Shown one piece after another: positions 10,770-21,670 of a stretch of 64,000 nucleotides of DNA. The position numbers and the translations under genes are program-made. The DNA lies in the NCBI GenBank assembly GCA_963771075.1, contig CAVYSE010000005.1, positions 32,001 through 96,000 of the forward strand, given 5' to 3'. Position 1 is the first letter of the stretch. Every line of letters begins with the position of its first letter. The notes under the pieces were generated by a model, which saw nothing but the letters and a program-made list of their open reading frames with translations, was not told the origin of the DNA and did no database searches. This DNA is from a candidate division FCPU426 bacterium (GTDB taxonomy: Bacteria > Oederibacteriota > Muellerivitia > Muellerivitales > Muellerivitaceae).

Positions 10770-11336
10770 ATGAAAAAACGATCGATTGCTTTTCTCTCCC
10801 TTTCTCTGGGTTTGCTTTTCCTTGCCGCCGGCTCAGGGCCGGCGGCGGGGGAAGTGACCGAGTACGGGGTGAAAGCCGCCTATCTCTACAACTTCAGCCA
10901 GTTCGTGCGCTGGCCCGCGGCGGCTTTCTCCGCCGATGACTCCAATTTCGTGATCGGCGTAGTGGGGGAGGACCCCTTCGGCGCCACCTTGGACGCGGTG
11001 GTGAGCGGGAAAACCGTCGGTGGGCATCCCATGACAGTCAAACGCTTCGGGGCCTTCACCCCGGCCAAGGCGGGAGCCCTGGCGAAATGCCAGATCCTCT
11101 TCATCGCCTATTCGGAAAAAGACCAGGTCAGGGACATTTTGGCGGCCTTGGCGGGGAGCAAGGCGCTCACCGTTTCGGAGATCGAGAATTTTCCGGTCAA
11201 GGGCGGGGCCGTTCAATTTGACCAGGTCGGCCAAAAGATATCGCTGGTCTTGAATGAATCCGCGGCCAAAAAAGCGGGCCTTTCGGTCAGCGCCCAGCTC
11301 CTGCAGGTCGCCAAGCTGTTCAAATCGGAGGAGTAA
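10770..11336 (+). CDS. YfiR-family periplasmic protein
   Basis: Signal peptide, EYGVKAAYLYNFSQFVRWP, GEDPFG, SAQLLQVA. Confidence 0.9.
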   Translation: MKKRSIAFLSLSLGLLFLAAGSGPAAGEVTEYGVKAAYLYNFSQFVRWPAAAFSADDSNFVIGVVGEDPFGATLDAVVSGKTVGGHPMTVKRFGAFTPAKAGALAKCQILFIAYSEKDQVRDILAALAGSKALTVSEIENFPVKGGAVQFDQVGQKISLVLNESAAKKAGLSVSAQLLQVAKLFKSEE

Positions 11337-11339
11337 ACC

Positions 11340-12872
11340 ATGCCGCGACTCAACTTCAAGAAAATGCCACTTCGGGACAAGATCATCTGGATCACGGGAA
11401 TTTCCACCACGATCTCCCTGATTTTAGCCTGCTTGGTCCTGGCCGTGAGCGAGAGGGTTTCTTATCCCAAGATTATGGCGGCGAACCTGTCCGACCTTGC
11501 CCAGGTGGTGGGGGATAACAGCACGGCGGCCCTGGCCTTCAACGATTCCAAGACCGCCCAAGGCATGCTGGATACCATGAAGGGGAACCCGCATATCGTC
11601 AACGCCACTCTTTTCGACGCCAAGGGACAGATTTTCGCGTCCTATAGTACGGATAAGAACCCCGCGGTGGTCACGGTCAAACCGGAAGGGTATGAGTTTT
11701 CGGGCGGGACCCTCAAACTTTTTCACGCCATCCAGATGGGCGGGTTGAATGAGGGAACCCTTTACCTTGAATCGGACCTGAAGGAAATGAATTCCCGCAT
11801 GGCGGCCTATTTGATGGTCACCCTGCTGGTTCTCATCCTTTCCATATTCGTCTCCTTCCTGACCTCCGCCCGCCTCCAGGCCCAGATCTCGGACCCCTTG
11901 AAAAACATCATCGGGAATTTGAACGACAGCGCCGAGCAGATGGCGTCCAGTTCGAATCAGATATCCACCGCCAGCCAGCAGCTGGCCGAGGGGGCGAGCG
12001 AATCCGCCAGCAGCCTGGAGGAAACCAGCTCTTCCCTGGAGGAAATGGCCTCCATGACCCGGCAAAACGCCGAGAACGCGCAAAGGGCGCGGGCCCTGAC
12101 CGAAGAGTCGCAGGAATCCGTCCTGAAGGGGAACCAATGCGTGGCGGAGACCCTGGCCGCCATGAAGGAGATGAATGAGAGCGCGGAAAAGGTCTCCAAG
12201 ATCCTCAAGACCATCGAGGAAATCGCCTTCCAGACCAATCTTTTGGCCTTGAACGCCGCGGTTGAGGCGGCCCGGGCCGGGGAACAGGGAAGGGGATTCG
12301 CGGTAGTGGCCGAGGAGGTTCGCAACCTGGCCCAACGCAGTTCGGCGGCCGCCAAGGACACGGCGGCTTTGATCGAGGAAAACGCCAAACGGGCCTCCCA
12401 AGGTTTGAAGGTCAGCGAAGAGGCCGGGAAGTCACTCGCCGAGATCGTGGACCGCTCCAAAAAAGTTTCCCACCTCATCCAGGAGATCGCCGGGGCCAGC
12501 GAGGAGCAATCCAAGGGCATATCGGAAGTGAACGGGGCCGTGACCCAGCTGGACACGATCACGCAACGCAACAGCGCCAACGCGGAGGAAATGTCCTCTT
12601 CCAGCGAAGAAATGTCGGCCCAGTCGAAGGTCCTGCGGGAAATGATCGGTTCCCTGGTGATGGTTCTGGAAGGCGACGGGAGGAAAAAAGAAGTTGTCTT
12701 GGCGCGGGATGAAACGATGGACCCGCGGGGGCAGGCGATCCATCACATCGCTCCCGGCAAGACAAAATCCGTCAAACGGTCCTTGTTGGTCCCCATCGGG
12801 GGGATGAAAACGGCCCAGGCCGCCGCCGGAAAGATCATCCCGCTCAGCGACGAAGAAATGCGTAATTTTTAA
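11340..12872 (+). CDS. Methyl-accepting chemotaxis protein with a CHASE8-like periplasmic sensor
   Basis: Two TM segments flanking [10 protein letters not shown]; signalling hairpin [40 protein letters not shown]. Confidence 0.93.
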   Translation: MPRLNFKKMPLRDKIIWITGISTTISLILACLVLAVSERVSYPKIMAANLSDLAQVVGDNSTAALAFNDSKTAQGMLDTMKGNPHIVNATLFDAKGQIFASYSTDKNPAVVTVKPEGYEFSGGTLKLFHAIQMGGLNEGTLYLESDLKEMNSRMAAYLMVTLLVLILSIFVSFLTSARLQAQISDPLKNIIGNLNDSAEQMASSSNQISTASQQLAEGASESASSLEETSSSLEEMASMTRQNAENAQRARALTEESQESVLKGNQCVAETLAAMKEMNESAEKVSKILKTIEEIAFQTNLLALNAAVEAARAGEQGRGFAVVAEEVRNLAQRSSAAAKDTAALIEENAKRASQGLKVSEEAGKSLAEIVDRSKKVSHLIQEIAGASEEQSKGISEVNGAVTQLDTITQRNSANAEEMSSSSEEMSAQSKVLREMIGSLVMVLEGDGRKKEVVLARDETMDPRGQAIHHIAPGKTKSVKRSLLVPIGGMKTAQAAAGKIIPLSDEEMRNF

Positions 12873-12882
12873 GGAGCCTGGG

Positions 12883-13410
12883 ATGGAAAAGAGCGAAACG
12901 AAATTCGAGGGCAAATACCTTACCTTCCGGGTGGGTAAGGAGGAATACGGGGTGCAGATCCTCAAGGTTCGGGAGATCGTAGGCCTTTTGGAAATCACCG
13001 AGGTACCCATGACCACCACCCATATCCGGGGCGTCATCAACCTGCGGGGCAAGATCATACCGGTGGCCGATATGCGCCACAAACTGGGGCTTCCCCCGGA
13101 GGTTTCGACCCGGGAGAACTGCATCGTGATCGTCCTGGCCAAAGGTGCCAAGGGAGAATCCCTGGTGGGTCTGCTGGTGGACTCGGTCAACGAGGTTTTC
13201 AACCTGGCCGAAGCCGCCCTGGAGCCGATTCCCCAGTTGGGGGACGGGCGGGCCCTGGACTTCGTGCAGGGGTTGGCCCGCGTCAAGGGCCGCTTGGTGA
13301 TCTTATTGGACGTGGATGAGGTGGTGAGCGCGGAAGAGCTGGATGGGTTGGATCTGTTGAAAAAAGCATCCCTGCCGAAAGACGGGGAAGCGGTGGCGGC
13401 CAAGGTTTAA
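12883..13410 (+). CDS. cheW: Chemotaxis coupling protein CheW
   Basis: KYLTF, GVINLRGKIIPV, GLLVDSV. Confidence 0.92.
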   Translation: MEKSETKFEGKYLTFRVGKEEYGVQILKVREIVGLLEITEVPMTTTHIRGVINLRGKIIPVADMRHKLGLPPEVSTRENCIVIVLAKGAKGESLVGLLVDSVNEVFNLAEAALEPIPQLGDGRALDFVQGLARVKGRLVILLDVDEVVSAEELDGLDLLKKASLPKDGEAVAAKV

Positions 13411-13431
13411 GGGCAAAGCGGTCGGGGAGGC

Positions 13432-14280
13432 GTGCCGATGGTGGAAATTAAGATAACCGAAATGGGGATCGGGGAGTTTAACCAGCTTTCCCGCCTGGTT
13501 TACGCCCAAAGCGGTATCCACCTGGAGGAACATAAGCTGGAATTGCTCCAGGCCCGCTTGCGCAAAAGGCTCAGGATCCTTTCCCTCGGCTCCTTCAAGG
13601 AATACTACCGGCATGTGGTCAGCGACGAGTCGGGGGAGGAACTGAGGCACATGTTGGACCATGTCAGTACCCATAAGACCGAATTCTTCCGGGAAAACAA
13701 GCATTTCATCCTCCTGTCCCAACGCCTTCTGCCGGAACTGGTGGCGGAGACGGCCCGTCGGATGGATAAAACCCTTCGGATCTGGTGCGCGGCCTGCTCC
13801 TCGGGGGAGGAGGCCTACAGCCTGGCCATGTGCGCCCTTGAATCTGCGGCGGGCGCGGGGGTGAAGGTGAAGATCCTGGCCACCGACCTATCCAACCGGG
13901 TCATCCAAAGTGGCCAGGAAGGTTTGTATGGGCTGGAGAAGGTCCAGCCTATCCCGCCGGCCCTGCTTCAGAAATATTTCATTTCCCGCAAAAGGGACGG
14001 GGAAAAGTTTTATGAGGTCGGGGAAGGCCTGCGCCAGGCGGTCCATTTCCGCCGCTTCAACCTGAACGGGGGGGACTTTTCTTTCCGGAATACCTTTGAC
14101 GTTATTTTTTGCCGCAACGTGATGATTTACTTCGACCGCGAAACCCAGGAGGACCTGGTGAAGCGGCTATCGGGGGCGCTCCGGAAAGAGGGTTACCTCT
14201 TCACGGGTCTTTCGGAGAGCCTGTTGGCCATCCGGCATAAGCTGATTTCGGTCGCCTCGTCGGTATACCGGAAACCCTAG
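13432..14280 (+). CDS. cheR: Chemotaxis methyltransferase CheR
   Basis: TEFFRE, IWCAACSSGEEAYS, ATDLS, FCRNVMIYF. Confidence 0.94.
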   Translation: MPMVEIKITEMGIGEFNQLSRLVYAQSGIHLEEHKLELLQARLRKRLRILSLGSFKEYYRHVVSDESGEELRHMLDHVSTHKTEFFRENKHFILLSQRLLPELVAETARRMDKTLRIWCAACSSGEEAYSLAMCALESAAGAGVKVKILATDLSNRVIQSGQEGLYGLEKVQPIPPALLQKYFISRKRDGEKFYEVGEGLRQAVHFRRFNLNGGDFSFRNTFDVIFCRNVMIYFDRETQEDLVKRLSGALRKEGYLFTGLSESLLAIRHKLISVASSVYRKP

Positions 14281-14352
14281 CAGGCTGCGGTTGGAAAATT
14301 CGATGAATACAAGGCTCGCCGGTGATAAAACGCCCCGGGGGAGGAAAAGAAC

Positions 14353-14856
14353 TTGAACGCGGGAAAAACGGATAAAAAAAACATCGTGATAGGGGTGGGG
14401 GACTATTACGTCAGCTCGGACCCGTCCGATTTGCTCGTGACCTATGCCCTGGGTTCCTGCGTGGGAGTGACGGCCTATGACGCCAGGGCGCGCGTGGGGG
14501 GCATCCTGCATTTCAAGCTTCCCCACTCGCAGATCAATCCGGGAATGGCCTCGACCCATCCCGCCATGTTCGGGGACACGGGCCTGGAGGCCTTCCTGAT
14601 GGGGATGTTCCAGGCGGGGGCCACGAAGCCGAATTTGGACATCAAACTGGCGGGCGGCGCCAAGGGACTGGCCAGCGCCGGGGATTTTTTCAATATCGGG
14701 GAACGTAATCTTTTGATCGCCCAGCGCGTGTTTTGGATGAACGGCTTGATCGTTTCGCGCAAGGACACGGGCGGCAACGATTACCGGACGGTCAAGCTGG
14801 AAATGGCGACAGGCCGGGTCACGATCAAGGACCCTCACAACACTTACGAACTTTAA
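14353..14856 (+). CDS. cheD: Chemoreceptor glutamine deamidase CheD
   Basis: LGSCVGV, HFKLP, KLAGGA, IGERN, DTGG. Confidence 0.92.
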   Translation: MNAGKTDKKNIVIGVGDYYVSSDPSDLLVTYALGSCVGVTAYDARARVGGILHFKLPHSQINPGMASTHPAMFGDTGLEAFLMGMFQAGATKPNLDIKLAGGAKGLASAGDFFNIGERNLLIAQRVFWMNGLIVSRKDTGGNDYRTVKLEMATGRVTIKDPHNTYEL

Positions 14857-14873
14857 TTCAAGAGGAGGATGAC

Positions 14874-15269
14874 ATGGCGTTCAATTTTTTAGTGGTGGAT
14901 GACTCGGCCACCAGCCGGGGAATCATCAAGAAAACCCTGAAACTGACCCGGCTTCCCTTGGGGGATATTTGGGAAGCGGCCAACGGCCGCGAGGGGTTGG
15001 TGCAAATGCGCGCCAATTGGGTGGACCTGGTCCTGGCGGACTTGAACATGCCCGACATGACAGGGCAGGAAATGATCGCCGAGATGCAGAAGGACCCCCT
15101 CCTGGCCAAGCTTCAGGTGGTGGTGGTGAGTTCGGAGGGGAGCCAGTCGGTCCTGGAAGCCCTCTATCAACAGGGGGTACGCCAAGTGGTGCGGAAACCC
15201 TTTGAGGCCAGCCTGCTGAGGGACGTGATCGAAAAGGCGCTCGGGATACAGGCCGAAGCGAATGGATAA
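14874..15269 (+). CDS. cheY: CheY-like single-domain response regulator
   Basis: VVDDS, ADLNMPDM, KPF; RBS GAGGAGG before the ATG at 14874. Confidence 0.85.
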   Translation: MAFNFLVVDDSATSRGIIKKTLKLTRLPLGDIWEAANGREGLVQMRANWVDLVLADLNMPDMTGQEMIAEMQKDPLLAKLQVVVVSSEGSQSVLEALYQQGVRQVVRKPFEASLLRDVIEKALGIQAEANG

Positions 15270-16341
15270 GAAGCGGGTGGAAAGCGGAGATATGGAAAAG
15301 GTCAAGGTGCTCATCGTGGACGACTCGACTCTGGTTCGTAAGGCCTTGACGGGCGTTTTCGAGGCGGAGGGTTTGCGGGTGGTGGGGGAGGCCTCGGACC
15401 CTTTTGAGGCCAGGGACCAGATCATCAGGCACCGTCCCGACATCCTGACCCTGGACCTGGAAATGCCCCGGATGGACGGCCTGACCTTCCTGGAGCGGCT
15501 CATGACCCACCAACCCATGCCGGTCGTGGTTTTTTCCAGCTTCACGGAGAAAAACAGCGCTTTGGCCCTGAAGGCCCTGGACCTGGGCGCCGTGGAGGTG
15601 CTGGAAAAACCCATGAAGGTGAATTTTGCCCCAGCCATGGTCAACTTGGTGAGGGTTTTAAAGGAAAGCGCCCATGCCAAACCCCGGCGGAGGGTTACCC
15701 CGGTGGCGCCGGAGGCGGTAAAAAAGATACCCGGGAATCCCAGCCGTTTAGTCACCGCGATTGGCGCTTCCACGGGCGGGACGGACGCGATTTCCACGAT
15801 CTTGCGGGGGCTGCCCGCCCAACATCCCGGACTGGTGATCGTGCAGCATATGCCCCCCTTCTTCACGCGGACCTTCGCCGAGCGGTTGGACCGGGAAAGC
15901 GCGATGCGGGTGAGGGAGGCGGTGGAAGGGGACGTCATCCGGGACGGACTGGCGCTGGTCGCGCCCGGGGGAAAGCATCTGTTGGTGGAAGGGTTACCCG
16001 GCCGGTTCCAAGTGTCCTGTCCTGATGGCCCGCCGGTGAACCATTGCCGGCCGAGCGTGGATGTGTTGTTTCAATCCGTGGCACGCGCAGCCGGGCGCCG
16101 CGCGGTGGGGGTGATCCTGACCGGTATGGGACAGGATGGGGCGAACGGGCTTATGGCGATGAAAAACAAGGGAGCCGTCACGCTCTCCCAGGACGAGGCC
16201 TCTTGCGTGGTGTTTGGAATGCCCAAAGAGGCGGTAGCCCGTGGGGCCGTGGACGAGGTGGTGTCGTTGAGGGATTTGGCCAATATCCTTAAATCGAAAG
16301 CCGAGGGTATTTTGGCGTACAGGGAAGGGAGCGAGTCATGA
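15262..16341 (+). CDS. cheB: Chemotaxis methylesterase CheB
   Basis: Receiver domain plus GASTGG, VQHM, RPSVD, GMGQDG. Confidence 0.94.
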   Translation: MDKKRVESGDMEKVKVLIVDDSTLVRKALTGVFEAEGLRVVGEASDPFEARDQIIRHRPDILTLDLEMPRMDGLTFLERLMTHQPMPVVVFSSFTEKNSALALKALDLGAVEVLEKPMKVNFAPAMVNLVRVLKESAHAKPRRRVTPVAPEAVKKIPGNPSRLVTAIGASTGGTDAISTILRGLPAQHPGLVIVQHMPPFFTRTFAERLDRESAMRVREAVEGDVIRDGLALVAPGGKHLLVEGLPGRFQVSCPDGPPVNHCRPSVDVLFQSVARAAGRRAVGVILTGMGQDGANGLMAMKNKGAVTLSQDEASCVVFGMPKEAVARGAVDEVVSLRDLANILKSKAEGILAYREGSES

Positions 16342-17135
16342 CAAAAAACCAGAAAAAAACCATTCTGTTGGCGGACGCGAACGCCACGGCGCGCAAGCTT
16401 CTGGCAGTCCGGATCCAATACATGGAATACGCGACCGTCGAGGCGGGCGATGTGAAAGAGATGGACCAATTGATCTCCGACCAGGCCTTTGACCTGGCGA
16501 TCGTCGACTCAAAACTGGCCGGGCCGGAGGGCGACGCGATCCTTCAAAAGCTCCAATTCAAAAAAACCCCTGTTTTCTTGGTCACGGACCGGTTTCCCCA
16601 GGGAGGGGACGTGGAGGGACAGTTTCCCGTGAAGGCGGTGTTCCACCGCAGTCAGCGGACGGAAATGCTTGCCAAGGTGGAGGCGCATTTCAACGGGCTG
16701 GAAGAACAAAAGCCATCGCCCAAGCCAAAAGATATGCAGATCTTGCTGATCGAGGATTCTCCCACGATCCGGGGTTATCTCAAGCGCATTCTCGTGAAGC
16801 ACTTTCCGGGTTCGACGGTCCGCGAAGCGGAAGATGGAAGGCAGGCCATGACGGAAATGTCCAGCAAAAGGGTGGATATTATCGTCACGGATCTGCAGAT
16901 GCCGGGCATGGACGGCCAGACCTTCCTCAAGATCCTGCACCGGAATCCCATTTTGAAGAATAAGCCGGTGCTGGTCTTATCCGGGTCCTTCACCCCGCAG
17001 CTGCGGGAGGAACTGAAAGCCTATCCCACGGTCAAAACACTGGCCAAGCCATCTTCCGAGGAGGAGATCGCCTCCACCCTCAAGGATTTGATCGCCTTGA
17101 CGGATAACATGCCCCGCCTAGTCGCAGGGGAATAA
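16338..17135 (+). CDS. Tandem receiver-domain protein
   Basis: Degenerate N-terminal REC plus canonical C-terminal REC (LIEDS, TDLQMPGMDG, KP). Confidence 0.85.
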   Translation: MTKNQKKTILLADANATARKLLAVRIQYMEYATVEAGDVKEMDQLISDQAFDLAIVDSKLAGPEGDAILQKLQFKKTPVFLVTDRFPQGGDVEGQFPVKAVFHRSQRTEMLAKVEAHFNGLEEQKPSPKPKDMQILLIEDSPTIRGYLKRILVKHFPGSTVREAEDGRQAMTEMSSKRVDIIVTDLQMPGMDGQTFLKILHRNPILKNKPVLVLSGSFTPQLREELKAYPTVKTLAKPSSEEEIASTLKDLIALTDNMPRLVAGE

Positions 17136-17139
17136 AACC

Positions 17140-17490
17140 ATGGCACGAAACATGGACCCAATGAAGGCTTTTTACCTGGACCTGGAACAGGACCTGCATC
17201 TTCTCATTCTGCACTATTCCATGTGCGAGGGGGCTACCGACCCGGAAGTGACCGACTGGGCCCGATTTTTCGTCCGGTGGGCCGAGAAGGCGACCAAGCA
17301 CAGCGGACCCTGGAGCTGGAAATTACTGGAATCGGCGCAGAATATCGTGAAGGAGTTGGAAAAATCAAAAGACGGACGGAAGGGATATGATTCACTGGGT
17401 CAGGCGATGGCGCAGGCCTCCAACAAGTTGAACGCGGAGATCAAAACCTTCTTGTTGAAGGGAAATTCCCTCCTGGACATGATGAAATAG
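17140..17490 (+). CDS. Hypothetical protein, distant paralogue of 4777-5160 and the CheA N-terminus
   Basis: Same W-x10-W spacing and IVKELE...LGQAMAQAS..L..EI pattern. Confidence 0.65.
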   Translation: MARNMDPMKAFYLDLEQDLHLLILHYSMCEGATDPEVTDWARFFVRWAEKATKHSGPWSWKLLESAQNIVKELEKSKDGRKGYDSLGQAMAQASNKLNAEIKTFLLKGNSLLDMMK

Positions 17491-17495
17491 CCGGA

Positions 17496-17882
17496 TCAGG
17501 TTAAGTGGAAGAGCTTTTTTGCCTTGGGCACCGTCTCGCACATCAGACAGGGACCGCGGGAACATTGGGGACTGCGACCGCTCTCCAATAATTGAATCCG
17601 ATGATCCCATTGGTTGATCCGGTAAACATGGGGGCCACAGCTGATCAGCAGGTCTTCCGGGACGGCGAATTTGAGGAAATATTCGCTTTTGGAGAAGAGG
17701 TAGACGTTCCGGAAGGTCTGGGCCAGGTTCACCACGTTGCATTGGGTGGGGTCGATATCGATGAAATAGAAACTGCGCCCAAAGGGTTTGTCAGTGGGCA
17801 TCCAATAGGCAGGGGGGATTGGGTTCTTGCCCTTGGAAATGGTCTCGAAAACTCCTGCGGTGGCGTATTGAAACAAGTACAT
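17496..17882 (-). CDS. Hypothetical protein with C-terminal C-x4-C-x2-C
   Basis: RBS AAGGAG upstream; convergent with the che operon. Confidence 0.55.
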   Translation of the reverse strand: MYLFQYATAGVFETISKGKNPIPPAYWMPTDKPFGRSFYFIDIDPTQCNVVNLAQTFRNVYLFSKSEYFLKFAVPEDLLISCGPHVYRINQWDHRIQLLESGRSPQCSRGPCLMCETVPKAKKLFHLT

Positions 17883-18481
17883 GGGAGACTCCTTCTGCTC
17901 CCCCGCAATTAAAATAACTTCAACCCGAAATTTGATTTATGATTTGCGTCAAGGCTTCATTTCGACAAAACAACCGTTCCGATTCAACCGTGGAGCCGTG
18001 AGGGGCCCTAATGGAACCATGATTCTCAAATGAGTGATTTCTTTATAAGCTTTATGGAAAGTCGGCATAGGAATCCCGTGTTTTTCGGTTATTTTTGGCT
18101 ATTAACTTGAGATTGCCTTGCCGACATTCAACAAATAAATAATGAGGTTGGTATAGTCCCGTTTTCTTTTGCCCTTTGGACCAAAGGGGACAATGACAAC
18201 CCTAAGGTACACTACCGCTTCTTTTGATGGGTCTTTGGTTTAAAAGGCTTGGGTTGAATTTCCGTTCATTTTCTGGTTTCTTTACTGAAAAAAGGTTCTC
18301 TTCTACCTGACTCCTGTAAAATATCGACTACTTTAGCTAACCCAAAGGTGGCTGGGTTTCCGGTTTCAGCCCGGGAAGTAGAGATAAACCTTTCGGCTTT
18401 TAAAGAAAATCGTTGGTTTTCTTCGCGTCTTCGCGGTGAAAAATCCTGATTTTATTCAAATTCTTCGTTCGGAACGGTGAC

Positions 18482-20354
18482 GTGCCTCGTCGAAAACCTC
18501 CCCATCCTAAATATGGCGCCTCGCCCGAGAAGAAGATCAGCGTTCTTCATTCCATCGTGACCATCGCCTTCGCGGCTATCTTTTGCAAGCTGTTTTACCT
18601 TCAGATCCTTAACTATCCGACTTATCGATCCCTATCGGACTCCAACAGCCTCCGGTTGATCTCCGAAAAGGCGCCCCGGGGCATCATCACCGACCGAAAC
18701 GGCGAGATCCTCGCCACCAACATTCCCACCTACTCCCTCTTCTTGGTGCCCGCGGACATCAAAAGTTATGAAAATACCCTTGTCCTCTTGAGCCAGATCC
18801 TGGGAGAGCCCCTCCAGGACTTGGAAATCCTCATCCAAAGCCGCCGTCGAACCCGTAGGTTCGAGCCGATTCGCCTGGAGTCCCACCTGGACGATTCCCT
18901 GATCGCCAAGATCTCGGAGAACCTGGTGCGCCTCCCAGGGATATATATCCAAATGGAGCCTGAAAGGTATTACCCCCATGGCAACCTGGCTTCCCACCTT
19001 TTAGGCTATATCGGCGAGATCAGCGAGGGCGACCTGGCCCGAATGCGGGAGTCGGGATACCAGGTGGGGGATTGGGTGGGTAAAAAGGGGGTTGAAAGAA
19101 CCTACGACAAGATTCTGCGGGGCCAAAACGGCGGGGTGGAAGTGGAGGTGGATGCCTCGGGCATCCAACGGCGCACCCTGGACTACCTCAAACCCATCCA
19201 GGGCCAGACGCTCATGCTGACCATCGACTGGAAGATCCAGAAGCTGGCCGAGGATTTAATGGGGGACCAGGTCGGTTCGATCATCGTGAACAACCCCAAA
19301 ACGGGCGATATCCTGGCCATGGTGAGCAAACCCAATTTCGATCCAAACGACTTTGTCAGCGGCATTTCCTTCAAGGATTGGAACCACCTCTTGCAGGACA
19401 AGAACCGCCCCCTGGAAAACCGCGCCATCCAGGGCCAGTACCCGCCGGGTTCCATATTCAAGCTCATTACCGCTTTGGCGGCCCTGGAGGACGGCGTCGC
19501 CGACTTCGACAAGGTGTTCCTTTGCCGGGGGATCTTCTGGTACAAGACCTGGCCTTACCGCTGTTGGCGCACCTCGGGCCACGGCTGGATGAACCTGAAA
19601 AACGCCATTATCGAATCCTGCGATATTTTCTTTTATCAGCTTGGGTTATTGGTCAAGGTCGATAAGATTTACAAGGTGGCCCGGTCCCTTGGGCTTGGAA
19701 ACAAGACGGGCATCGATCTGGACTCGGAGGTACAGGGCCTGGTGCCCAACCCCCGGTGGAAGGAAAGCACCCAGCACATGCCCTGGTTCCCGGGGAATAC
19801 CATCCAGATGAGCATCGGCCAGGGATACCTGCTCACCACCCCCCTCCAGATGCTGGACGTGACTTCCGGCCTGGCTATGAACGGAAAAATCTATCAGCCC
19901 CACCTGATTTTCCGGGTGGTGGACCTGAAGACAGGACGGTCGATCTATGAAAAGCAGCCCGAAGTATTGCAGGAAGCGGATCTGAACCCCAAATTCCTGG
20001 ATTTCATCAAGGCCACCATGCAGGAGGTGGTGAGTTCGGACCGGGGAACGGGCAAGAAGGCCCGGTTGAAAGGGAGTCAACGTGGCGGGGAAGACGGGAA
20101 CCTCGGAAAACCCCCATGGGGACAATCACGCTTGGTTTACCTCCTACGCGCCGGCGGAAGACCCGCAGGTGGCGGACATCGTGCTGGTGGAGAACGGCGG
20201 GGAAGGCGGCGTGGTGGCGGCCCCCATCGCGAAACGCCTGATGGAGCAGGCCCTCGGGATGGAGGTGACGCCCTGGGAAAATCCTGTCGCTACCCCGGGT
20301 GTCTCCTCGGGTCCCCAGCCCGCCCCGACGGTGGTCATGGGGGTAGCGCCATGA
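18482..20354 (+). CDS. mrdA: Penicillin-binding protein 2 (apparent frameshift near 20068-20075)
   Basis: APRGIITDRNG, PGSIFK (SxxK), SCDIFFY; the KTGT motif and NHAWF continue in another frame ending at 20354. Confidence 0.9.
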
Positions 20355-21457
20355 AGAGTTATCTAAGGTCCATGGATTGGGTCTTGATCGGAATGGTTTT
20401 AGCGCTATCGATCATTGGTTCGGTCGTGGTTTATTCCGCCACGATCCACAACCCGGATATTTCCAACCTTTGGAGGAAGCAGATCTTCTGGTTCAGCATC
20501 TCCCTCGCGGTAATGTGGCTATTCTCCCGTATTGATTACCGTTTTTGGATGGAGGCCTCCTACATTTTTTACACTATTTCCGTTATCTCCCTGATCGTGG
20601 TGCTTTTTATCGGGGACGAGACCAACGGCGCCAAACGATGGATCAGGCTGGGCTTTTTTTCCTATCAGCCTTCCGAATTGGCAAAATTATCCATCATCCT
20701 GGTATTGGCCCGTTATATCGGAAGCCGCACGATCGAGATGTTCTACCTGAGGCGCTTTTTCCTTCTCCTCGCCATCCTGGGATTTCCCCTTTTGTTGATC
20801 TTGAAACAACCCGATTTGGGTTCCGCCCTTCTCCTGGTGCCGGCCTCGTTGGTGATGATGTATGTGGGCGGGGTGCAGGGGCGACGATTGATGTGGATGT
20901 TCATCTTGGGGGCCGCTTCCTGCCCGCTCATCTGGCATTTCTTGAAGGATTACCAAAAGGAAAGGTTGGAGGTTTTCATCAGCCCCTCGGATGACCCGCT
21001 CGGCGCGGGGTACAACATCATCCAGTCGGTCATCGCCATTGGTTCGGGGGGGGTGGCGGGGAAGGGGTTTTTGCAGGGCAGCCAGACCCAGCTTTCTTTC
21101 ATTCCCGAGCACCATACGGATTTCATCTTCTCGGTGGTGGGCGAGGAATGGGGATTCGTGGGCTGCCTGGTGGTGCTGGCTATTTACTATTTCATGATCC
21201 AAAAGGCCGTTGAAATCGCCCGCAAGGCCCGTGACCGGGAAGGTTCCCTGTTGGCCCTGGGAATCGCCACCATGTTCGCGGTGCAGGTCATCGTGAATGT
21301 GGGCATGACCCTGGGTCTCCTGCCGGTGGCGGGTTTGACCCTGCCCTTCGTAAGCTATGGAGGGTCTTCATTGGTCTTTAGCTACGCGGCCATCGGGGTG
21401 GTGCTGAATATCTCTTATGCCAACCGCCGGCCGGTTTTGATTGGCCGAAACGCATAA
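20351..21457 (+). CDS. rodA: Rod shape-determining protein RodA
   Basis: GAKRWI, QPSELAK, QPDLG, PEHHTDFIF, LPFVSYGGSS; the ATG overlaps the true mrdA stop. Confidence 0.93.
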   Translation: MKSYLRSMDWVLIGMVLALSIIGSVVVYSATIHNPDISNLWRKQIFWFSISLAVMWLFSRIDYRFWMEASYIFYTISVISLIVVLFIGDETNGAKRWIRLGFFSYQPSELAKLSIILVLARYIGSRTIEMFYLRRFFLLLAILGFPLLLILKQPDLGSALLLVPASLVMMYVGGVQGRRLMWMFILGAASCPLIWHFLKDYQKERLEVFISPSDDPLGAGYNIIQSVIAIGSGGVAGKGFLQGSQTQLSFIPEHHTDFIFSVVGEEWGFVGCLVVLAIYYFMIQKAVEIARKARDREGSLLALGIATMFAVQVIVNVGMTLGLLPVAGLTLPFVSYGGSSLVFSYAAIGVVLNISYANRRPVLIGRNA

Positions 21458-21670
21458 AACCAAAAGGCGATTTTCACCGCCAAGACACCAAATCACCAAG
21501 AATGGCGAAAATGTTTTTCCGGAAAGTAGAAAAAATCTTAACTCGAATGAATTTTAGACTTAAGCTTTAACCGCATTTTACTTTTGGTTTTCTTAGTGTC
21601 TTGGTGGTAAATCATTGGTTTGACCGTAAGCTGTTTGGGTTTGTTATACTTCCCGTCGAACGGAGCAGAA

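Noticed and set aside
17883..18481. AT-rich 600-bp intergenic region as an RNA gene
   Set aside because: No recognisable tRNA or ncRNA consensus; consistent with a divergent promoter region.
18482..21457. 991-aa PBP2-RodA fusion protein
   Set aside because: The linker is off-frame sequence; the true PBP2 C-terminus with KTG is in another frame and ends at the ATGA overlap with rodA.
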